Shown here: piece after piece, positions 56,447 through 64,000 of the stretch
Layout: each line of letters begins with the position of its first letter
Position numbering within the stretch: the first letter of the stretch is position 1
Source of the DNA: Candidatus Versatilivorator sp.
GTDB lineage: Bacteria > Acidobacteriota > Terriglobia > Versatilivoradales > Versatilivoraceae
Direction: 5' to 3'
Length of the DNA: 64,000 nt
Assembly (NCBI GenBank): GCA_965207735.1
Contig: OZ242296.1
Coordinates: 3,616,001-3,680,000 of the forward strand
Made by a program: the position numbers and the translations under genes
Notes under the pieces: generated by a model
What the model was told of the DNA's origin: nothing
Seen by the model: only the letters and a program-made list of their open reading frames with translations
The model's database searches: none

Positions 56447-57412
56447 TTACGCGTCTCCGTCAAAAAGGGAGTCGATGAAAAGTACGGCTGAGAAGGGCAC
56501 CAGGTCGTCAATTCGCTCGCCCACTCCCACGTATCGGATGGGGATTCCAAGATCCCGCGCAATGCCGATGACGACGCCTCCTTTGGCGGTCCCGTCCAGC
56601 TTGGTCAATACGATTCCGCTGACCCCCGTGGACCGGGTGAACTCCCGGGCCTGCACCACCCCGTTCTGCCCGGTAGTGGCATCCACCACCAGTAGAATCT
56701 GGTGGGGCGCTCCGGGGACTTCCCGTGCGGCGATCCGCTTCATTTTCTCCAACTCGGCCATCAGGTTGTTCTTGGTGTGGAGTCGCCCTGCCGTATCCAC
56801 GATCAGGATGTCCGCCTGCCTGGCCTTGGCGGCTTGAATGGCGTCGAAGAGCACAGCTGCCGGATCGGAGCCCGACTGCTGCCGGATGACCTGGGCTCCG
56901 GCGCGTTTCCCCCATGCCTCCAGTTGCTCCACGGCGGCCGCCCGAAAGGTGTCGGCGGCGCACACCAGGACCTTTCGGCCGTCCCGAACCCATCGGCCCG
57001 CCAGCTTGCCGGCGGTGGTGGTCTTGCCTACGCCGTTGACCCCGACGAGCAGCAGGACCTGAAGGCCGGAAGTCGCGGGCTCGTCGCTCGGGGCGTCCCC
57101 GGTCTGCAAAAGTTCGAGGAGTTCAGATCGGATACAAAATTTGAGCTGGCCGGCGTCGTTGATGCGGTTCCGCTCTACCCGGTTCCTGACCCTGTCGAGG
57201 ACCACCGTTGTGGTATCGATCCCCACATCGGCTCCCACCAGGATTTCCTCGAGATCCTCAAGCAAATCCGTGTCTATCGCCGTCCGTCCCTGCAGCACCT
57301 GCTCCATGCGAGCCACCAGGTTCTTCCGGGTCGAGGACACGGCGGCCTTGAACCTGCCCAGAAGACCCTTCTGGGGTTGCCGATCGTCACCGGCGCCACC
57401 CGGATTCTCCAT
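56447..57412 (-). CDS. ftsY: Signal recognition particle receptor FtsY
   Basis: GVNGVGKTT, DTFRAAA, DTAGRL, DATTGQN, TKLDGTAKGG. Confidence 0.97.
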   Translation of the reverse strand: MENPGGAGDDRQPQKGLLGRFKAAVSSTRKNLVARMEQVLQGRTAIDTDLLEDLEEILVGADVGIDTTTVVLDRVRNRVERNRINDAGQLKFCIRSELLELLQTGDAPSDEPATSGLQVLLLVGVNGVGKTTTAGKLAGRWVRDGRKVLVCAADTFRAAAVEQLEAWGKRAGAQVIRQQSGSDPAAVLFDAIQAAKARQADILIVDTAGRLHTKNNLMAELEKMKRIAAREVPGAPHQILLVVDATTGQNGVVQAREFTRSTGVSGIVLTKLDGTAKGGVVIGIARDLGIPIRYVGVGERIDDLVPFSAVLFIDSLFDGDA

Positions 57413-57526
57413 ACCGACCTCCAGCGAATTCGTTTCTCCGGTCGCTAATGGTAACACAGGGAAATTGGGCGTCAGGAGGGTGGCAGTCACCCCTGCCGGA
57501 CTCGGGTGCCGGCCGGCTCCGCCAGC

Positions 57527-57799
57527 TTACCGCTTTTCGCAGGCAACGCTCTTGGGAGGGGTTCTGGAACAGGCGATGGTGTCGGTCATGCCCGAGGAGA
57601 GCTGGGCGCAGGCGGTGTCGAGGGCTGTTCGCAGGGCCTCGGCCTCGGTGGCTCCAAGGGCTTTGCGGCAGTCGGTCCTTCCTCGGAACTCCATGCAGAC
57701 CTCGCAACTGTACTCGTCCAATGCCATGGAGGAGTAGACGATATAGCCCAGTATGGCCAGGAGGGAGACGGCGATGAGGATCCGGGTGCCTTTGGACAT
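57527..57799 (-). CDS. Small membrane-anchored Cys-rich hypothetical protein
   Basis: GGAG-poor but clean ORF; N-terminal TM; six Cys (CEVC, C, C, C, C). Confidence 0.7.
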   Translation of the reverse strand: MSKGTRILIAVSLLAILGYIVYSSMALDEYSCEVCMEFRGRTDCRKALGATEAEALRTALDTACAQLSSGMTDTIACSRTPPKSVACEKR

Positions 57800-58191
57800 G
57801 GAGGCAGATTATATGCTGTATCAATTCCGTTTATCCAAGGCATAAGAAATATAAATTTATTCTGCCGACGGCTTTCTTCTAGAATTTGCTGGGAGCCGTT
57901 TGTTCATCAAGCAGGATTGTTCCCAAGTGGCAGCTTGCTCCGACCGAGGTTCAGGCAGGTCAAGCGAGACTTCTAGGGTCTAAATTTGGTACAATCCTTG
58001 GTTCGATGAGTCAAGATGCCCTTTCCGGCTGTCAATCAAGTTTGCTGGCTTCCCCAACTCAAGCAACCGTAGCCAACTGATTTAGCTGGAAGGCAGCACC
58101 GCGGGTCCGCTCCAGGATCTTCCGGTGCCGGCTTCGGAGGTGTAGCTGTCGCCATTTGACGGCGGACTCGGTTGAGGTTCAGGCGATTTCG

Positions 58192-61100
58192 ATGCATCAG
58201 GACGGACTGCCGAAAAAACAGGGTTTGTACGATCCTCGCTTCGAGCGGGACAGTTGTGGCGTGGGCTTCGTGGTCAACGTGGATGGGACCCGAAGCCACC
58301 TCATCATCCGCCAGGGGTTGGAAGTCCTATGCAACCTGGCTCATCGAGGCGCCTGCGGTTGCGATCCGGAGACGGGAGACGGGGCCGGAGCCCTGATTCA
58401 GATCCCCCATGAATTTCTGAGGCGAGACTGCCGGGCGCTTGGGCTGCAGCTCCCCCCGCCGGGTGACTACGGGGTGGGCATGGTCTTTCTGCCTCGGGAG
58501 GCTGAAACCCGTGCCCGCCTGGAACGGGTCATGGAGGAGGTGATCGAGGCCGAGGGGCAACACCTCCTGGGCTGGCGGGATGTTCCCGTCGAAAGCCGGG
58601 CCATCGGCAGTCTGGCTCGAGAGTCGGAGCCCGTCATTCGCCAGGTCTTCGTCGGGAAAAATGCCGGCTTGAAGCGGATGGTCGACTTTGAGCGCAAGCT
58701 CTACGTGGTGTGCAAGCGGGTGGAGCGCGAGGTGGAGAGACGGGAGTTGGACCAGGGCGAGAGTTTCTACATCGCCAGCCTGTCGGCCGCCACCGTCGTT
58801 TACAAGGGCCTCCTGACCGCTCCTCAGATCCCGGACTACTATCGGGATCTGGCCGATCCTTCAGCCAAGAGCGCCCTGTGTCTGGTTCACTCCCGCTTCA
58901 GCACCAACACCTTCCCCTCCTGGAAGTTGGCTCATCCTTACCGTTACCTGGCCCACAACGGAGAGATCAACACGCTTTGCGGTAACCGCAACTGGATGCG
59001 AGCCCGCTCCAAGACGCTCTCCTCGGATCTGTTCGGGGAGGACCTTCCCAAGATTTTCCCGCTGGTGTCCGATACGGCCAGCGACAGCGCTACCATCGAC
59101 AACGCCCTGCAGTTCCTGGTGCAGGGCGGCCGCTCGCTGGCCCACTCGGTGGTGATGCTGATCCCGGAGGCCTGGAACAAGGACATTCGCATGGATCCCG
59201 ACAAGCGGGGTTTCTACGAGTACCATTCCTGTCTGATGGAGCCCTGGGACGGACCGGCCTCCATTGCCTTTACCGACGGGACCCGCATCGGCGCGGTGCT
59301 GGATCGAAACGGACTTCGGCCCTCCCGCTACGTGGTGACCAAGGACAACCTGGTGGTGATGGCCTCGGAAGTCGGCGTGCTGGACATGCCCCAGGATCAG
59401 ATCCTGTACAAGGGCCGGCTCCAACCCGGCAGGATGTTTCTGGTCGATACCGAGCAGGGCCGCATAATCGACGACTCGGAGCTGAAGCGGGCCCTGAGCA
59501 CCCGAAAGCCCTATCGCCGGTGGGTTGACGCCAACCGGATCGAGCTTTCCCAGTTGCCGCCGGCGCCGGCGGGGGAAGAACCGGTGGTCAAGGACCTGCT
59601 GACCCAGCAGCAGTCCTTCGGCTATACGGTGGAGGATCTTCGGTTGTTGATGGCTCCCATGGCCAGGAACGGCGAAGAAGCAGTCGGTTCCATGGGAACG
59701 GATACGCCCTTGGCGGTTCTCTCCAACAAGTCGCCGCTGCTCTACAACTACTTCAAGCAGCTCTTCGCCCAGGTGACCAACCCGCCCATCGATTCCATCC
59801 GGGAAGAGATGGTGATGTCGGTCGAAAGCTATATCGGCAGCGAGCAGAATCTCCTGGACGAAACTCCCAGACATGCGCGCCTGCTCAAATTGCAGCGCCC
59901 CGTTCTGACCGACCGTGAGCTCGGCCGAATCCGGCACGCCTCGGTCAAGGACTTCAGCGCCAAGACCTTGAAGATGCATTTCCCCGGAGGCGACGGAGAG
60001 GGCGGGTTGGAGACCGCCCTGGAGGCACTCTGCCGCCAGGCATCCCAGGCGGTTGGCCGGGGGCACAACATCATCATTCTCTCCGATCGCGGGGTCGATG
60101 CCGAAAAGGTGCCCATCCCGGCCCTGCTGGCGACTTCGGCCGTCCACCACCACCTGGTTCGGGAAGGCACCCGGACCAAGGTCGGCATCGTTGTGGAAAC
60201 CGGCGAGGCTCGGGAGGTCATGCACTTTGCGCTCCTGATCGGCTACGGTGCCGGGGCGGTAAACCCCTACCTGGCCTTCCGGACCTTGGCCGACATGGTG
60301 ACCCAGAAGCTCTTTGGTACCGAGGTCACCGAAGAACTTGCCTTCAAGAACTACCTCAAGTCCATCAACAAGGCCCTGCTCAAGATCATTGCCAAGATGG
60401 GGATCTCCACCATCCAGAGCTATCGGGGCGCTCAGATTTTCGAAGCCATCGGGCTGAACTCGCATCTGGTCGAACGCCACTTCACCGGCACCGCCTCCCG
60501 CGTCGAGGGCATCGGCCTGGAAGTTCTGGGACGGGAGGCCATCGCGCGTCACCGTCAGGGTTTCCCCCAGGCGCAGTCTCGGAAACCCTTGTTGAATGTG
60601 GGGGGACAGTATCAATGGCGGCGCGATGGCGAGTTCCACCTGTTCAACCCCGAATCGGTGGCCAAGCTGCAGGTAGCCACCCGTCACGGCGACTACCGCC
60701 TGTTCAAGCAGTACTCCACCTTGATCAATGACCAGAGCCGGAACCTGTGTACGCTCAGGGGAATGTTCAAGCTCAAGAAGGGCAATTCTGTTCCTCTGGA
60801 TGAGGTCGAGCCTGCCTCCGAGATCGTGCAGCGGTTCGCTACCGGGGCCATGTCCTTTGGATCCATCAGCAAGGAAGCCCACGAGAACCTGGCCATCGCC
60901 ATGAATCGTATCGGGGCCAAGAGCAACACGGGCGAGGGAGGCGAGGATCCGGCCCGCTACGTCCGCGACCCCAACGGGGACTGGCGTCGCAGCGCCATCA
61001 AGCAGGTGGCTTCGGGGCGCTTTGGAGTGACGGTGGAGTACCTGGTCAACTCGGAGGAACTGCAGATCAAGATGGCCCAGGGGGCCAAGCCGGGAGAAGG

Positions 61101-62748
61101 GGGCCAGTTGCCCGGACACAAGGTGGACAAGGTGATCGCCCGGGTGCGCCACTCCACTCCGGGAGTTTCGCTGATATCGCCTCCGCCCCACCACGACATT
61201 TACTCCATCGAGGACCTGGCCCAATTGATTCACGACCTCAAGAACTCCAATCCTCGAGCCAGGATTTCGGTGAAATTGGTGGCTGAGGTGGGAGTGGGCA
61301 CAGTGGCGGCGGGGGTCTCAAAGGCCCATTCCGACGTGGTCCTCATCAGCGGGCACGACGGAGGCACTGGCGCTTCTCCGCAGACCTCCATCAAGCATGC
61401 CGGCGTCCCCTGGGAACTGGGCCTGGCGGAAACCCAGCAAACGTTGGTGCTCAACGACCTGCGGGGGCGCATCGTGGTTCAGACCGATGGCCAGCTCAAG
61501 ACGGGCCGGGACGTGGCGGTGGCCATCCTGCTGGGCGCCGAGGAGTTCGGCTGCGCCACGGCGCCGCTGGTGGCTTCCGGGTGCATCATGATGCGCAAGT
61601 GCCATCTCAACACCTGTCCGGTGGGCGTCGCCACCCAGGATCCGGTGCTGCGCCGCAAGTTCGCCGGCAAGCCCGAGTATGTCATCAACTTTTTCACCTT
61701 CGTGGCCGAGGAACTGCGGGAGATCATGGCGGAAATGGGCTTTCGCAAGGTGGAGGAGATGGTGGGACGGTCGGATCGCCTGGACGTGACCGACGCGGTC
61801 GAGCACTGGAAGGCGATGGGGCTGGACTTCACTCGCATCTTCTACAGGCCTCAGGTTCCGGAGCGGGTCGCCACCCACAAGGTCCAGGAACAGGACCACG
61901 GCTTGGAGAAGGCCCTGGACCATCAGTTGATCGCCGATTGCCGGGAATCCCTGGAGAAGGGAACCCGGATTTCCCTCGGCTACCCCATCAGGAACTCCCA
62001 GCGCACCGTGGGTACCATGCTGAGTTCCGCCCTGGCCGAGCGCCACGGCAACTCGGGGCTTCCCGACGATTCCATTCAGGTGGATTTTCGCGGGTCGGCC
62101 GGGCAAAGCTTCGGGGCTTTTCTGGCGGCCGGCATTACCTTCAGGCTGGAAGGGGACGCCAACGACTACATCGGCAAGGGGTTGTCGGGTGGCAAGTTGA
62201 TCGTGTTTCCCCCGAGAGAGAGGACCTTCAAGGCCGAAGACAACATCCTGATCGGAAACGTGGTGCTCTACGGCGCCACCGGGGGACAAGCCTACTTCCG
62301 GGGGGTGGCCGGCGAGCGATTTGCAGTGCGCAACAGCGGCGCCCGTGCGGTCGTGGAAGGGGTGGGGGACCATGGGTGCGAGTACATGACCGGCGGAGTG
62401 GCGGTGGTGCTCGGCAAGACCGGGCGCAACTTTGCCGCCGGAATGAGCGGAGGCGTCGCCTTCGTGCTCGACGAGTCGGGCCTCTTCAGGCAGAACTGCA
62501 ACCACAGCATGGTGGATCTTGAACCGGTGGTGGAGTCTGCCGACGTGGAGATGCTCAAGGGAATGATCTCCCGGCACCGGGGTTTCACCGGGAGTGCGGT
62601 CGCGGAAAGAGTGTTGCGGAACTGGGAGGCTCTGCTGCCCAAGTTCCTGAAGGTCATGCCCGTAGATTACCGGAGAGTCCTTCAGGAGTTGGAAAAGGCC
62701 AGGGCCGCGGCGGCCGACCGCGACAAAACCCCGGCCCTGTCGCGTTAG
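58192..62748 (+). CDS. gltB: Glutamate synthase large subunit
   Basis: [60 protein letters not shown] domain. Confidence 0.98.
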   Translation: MHQDGLPKKQGLYDPRFERDSCGVGFVVNVDGTRSHLIIRQGLEVLCNLAHRGACGCDPETGDGAGALIQIPHEFLRRDCRALGLQLPPPGDYGVGMVFLPREAETRARLERVMEEVIEAEGQHLLGWRDVPVESRAIGSLARESEPVIRQVFVGKNAGLKRMVDFERKLYVVCKRVEREVERRELDQGESFYIASLSAATVVYKGLLTAPQIPDYYRDLADPSAKSALCLVHSRFSTNTFPSWKLAHPYRYLAHNGEINTLCGNRNWMRARSKTLSSDLFGEDLPKIFPLVSDTASDSATIDNALQFLVQGGRSLAHSVVMLIPEAWNKDIRMDPDKRGFYEYHSCLMEPWDGPASIAFTDGTRIGAVLDRNGLRPSRYVVTKDNLVVMASEVGVLDMPQDQILYKGRLQPGRMFLVDTEQGRIIDDSELKRALSTRKPYRRWVDANRIELSQLPPAPAGEEPVVKDLLTQQQSFGYTVEDLRLLMAPMARNGEEAVGSMGTDTPLAVLSNKSPLLYNYFKQLFAQVTNPPIDSIREEMVMSVESYIGSEQNLLDETPRHARLLKLQRPVLTDRELGRIRHASVKDFSAKTLKMHFPGGDGEGGLETALEALCRQASQAVGRGHNIIILSDRGVDAEKVPIPALLATSAVHHHLVREGTRTKVGIVVETGEAREVMHFALLIGYGAGAVNPYLAFRTLADMVTQKLFGTEVTEELAFKNYLKSINKALLKIIAKMGISTIQSYRGAQIFEAIGLNSHLVERHFTGTASRVEGIGLEVLGREAIARHRQGFPQAQSRKPLLNVGGQYQWRRDGEFHLFNPESVAKLQVATRHGDYRLFKQYSTLINDQSRNLCTLRGMFKLKKGNSVPLDEVEPASEIVQRFATGAMSFGSISKEAHENLAIAMNRIGAKSNTGEGGEDPARYVRDPNGDWRRSAIKQVASGRFGVTVEYLVNSEELQIKMAQGAKPGEGGQLPGHKVDKVIARVRHSTPGVSLISPPPHHDIYSIEDLAQLIHDLKNSNPRARISVKLVAEVGVGTVAAGVSKAHSDVVLISGHDGGTGASPQTSIKHAGVPWELGLAETQQTLVLNDLRGRIVVQTDGQLKTGRDVAVAILLGAEEFGCATAPLVASGCIMMRKCHLNTCPVGVATQDPVLRRKFAGKPEYVINFFTFVAEELREIMAEMGFRKVEEMVGRSDRLDVTDAVEHWKAMGLDFTRIFYRPQVPERVATHKVQEQDHGLEKALDHQLIADCRESLEKGTRISLGYPIRNSQRTVGTMLSSALAERHGNSGLPDDSIQVDFRGSAGQSFGAFLAAGITFRLEGDANDYIGKGLSGGKLIVFPPRERTFKAEDNILIGNVVLYGATGGQAYFRGVAGERFAVRNSGARAVVEGVGDHGCEYMTGGVAVVLGKTGRNFAAGMSGGVAFVLDESGLFRQNCNHSMVDLEPVVESADVEMLKGMISRHRGFTGSAVAERVLRNWEALLPKFLKVMPVDYRRVLQELEKARAAAADRDKTPALSR

Positions 62749-62846
62749 CCCGGTCACCGGCAAGACAAACCGGAACCCCGCGGTTCCGGCTTGGATTCGG
62801 AGTTGGCCCCAGGGTCCCCATTCACTGTCTCCGGGGCGGAGAAGCC

Positions 62847-64000
62847 ATGGGAAAAGTAACGGGCTTCATGGAAATCGGCCGGAAGATGGCCCCCCGCCGA
62901 CCCGTCGAGGACCGCCTCAAGGACTGGTTCCAGGTGTACCGGGAACCTGCCGACTCCCTGGTGCAGAGCCAGGGGGCGCGGTGCATGGATTGCGGCATTC
63001 CCTTCTGTCACACCGGCTGTCCTCTGGGGAACATTATTCCGGATTGGAACGACCTGGTTTATCAAAACCGCTGGCGGGAAGCGATCCAGGTACTGCACAA
63101 GACCAACAACTTCCCCGAATTTACCGGATGGGTCTGTCCGGCGCCCTGCGAAACGGCCTGTGTGCTCGGAATCAACGACGATCCGGTCACTATCAAGCAG
63201 ATCGAAATCAGCATCATCGAGCACGCCTTCCGCGAGGGCTGGATCAAACCCGTGCCTCCCACCGTTCGTACCGGGAAAAAGGTGGCCGTGGTGGGTTCGG
63301 GCCCGGCCGGTCTGGCCTGTGCGGACCAGTTGAACAAGGTGGGCCACCGGGTCACCGTGTTGGAACGAGCCGACCGCATCGGGGGGCTGCTGACCTATGG
63401 GATTCCGGATTTCAAGCTGGAAAAGTGGGTAGTGAGCCGCCGCCTCGATCTGATGCGGGATGAGGGGGTCGTCTTCAAGACCGGGGCCAACGTCGGATTC
63501 AACGTGGCGGTGGAGGATCTGAGGCGCGACTTCGATGCTCTGGTTCTGGCGGGCGGGGCCACCAAGGCCCGCGATCTGCCCCTGCCGGGCCGGGAGCTGG
63601 ACGGCATCCATCTGGCCATGGATTACCTGCCGCAGCAGAACCGGCGGGTGGCCGGGGACCGGAAGATTCCGGGAAAAGCCATCACCGCCAAGGGCAAGCG
63701 GGTGATCATCCTGGGCGGCGGGGATACGGGTTCGGACTGCCACGGTACGGCTCTCAGGCAGGGAGCCCGCTCGGTGCACTCCTGGGAGCTTCTGCCCAAA
63801 CCTCCGGCTGAACGGACTCCCTCCATGCCGTGGCCCTACTGGCCGATGATCCTGAGAACCTCCTCTTCCCACGAAGAGGGCGGCTTTCGGGACTGGAGCG
63901 TCAGCACCAAGCAGTTTAGCGGCTCCAACGGTCGGGTGGAGAAGCTGCATGCAGTCCGGGTCGAATTCGGAGAACCCAACGACAACGGACGCCGGCCCAT
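62847..64000 (+). CDS. gltD: Glutamate synthase small subunit (3' truncated by window end)
   Basis: MGKVTGF, RCMDCGIPFCH.GCP, NNFPEFTG..CPAPCE, GSGPAG, GGGDTGSDC. Confidence 0.96.
   Translation, partial: MGKVTGFMEIGRKMAPRRPVEDRLKDWFQVYREPADSLVQSQGARCMDCGIPFCHTGCPLGNIIPDWNDLVYQNRWREAIQVLHKTNNFPEFTGWVCPAPCETACVLGINDDPVTIKQIEISIIEHAFREGWIKPVPPTVRTGKKVAVVGSGPAGLACADQLNKVGHRVTVLERADRIGGLLTYGIPDFKLEKWVVSRRLDLMRDEGVVFKTGANVGFNVAVEDLRRDFDALVLAGGATKARDLPLPGRELDGIHLAMDYLPQQNRRVAGDRKIPGKAITAKGKRVIILGGGDTGSDCHGTALRQGARSVHSWELLPKPPAERTPSMPWPYWPMILRTSSSHEEGGFRDWSVSTKQFSGSNGRVEKLHAVRVEFGEPNDNGRRP

Overview
High-GC bacterial chromosomal segment. Gene content (split cytochrome b, microcompartment aldolase locus, small conserved hypotheticals) suggests Acidobacteriota, which is an inference. 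It is mostly core genome: queA, yhaM, rex, ruvAB, folK-panBC, anmK, mutS, tsaB/rimI, DsbA-VKOR, gltA, an LPS inner-core/ADP-heptose operon, pgk-tpiA-secG-tRNA-Leu, uvrC, folB, ribD-ribE-ribB(A/X), ftsY and gltBD. Three things stand out. (1) A minimal bacterial-microcompartment locus downstream of rex: class II aldolase with an encapsulation peptide, 1 BMC-H and 3 BMC-P. (2) A ~15-kb respiratory operon joining a Rieske/split b6-type complex, a 1001-aa coiled-coil octaheme cytochrome c, a lipoprotein cupredoxin, heme A synthesis, an A1-type aa3 oxidase and several unexplained accessory proteins. (3) A dense, modular set of non-coding intergenic repeats, with no transposase in the window: a tandem array of ~170-180-bp units with variable numbers of phased 10-bp CACGAAGG subunits, a MITE family sitting on stop codons, heptamer-tailed elements, REPs and inverted hairpin elements. 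There is also a frameshifted RelE-type toxin and a degenerate GTP cyclohydrolase II domain. All calls come from reading motifs by eye; no database searches were run.
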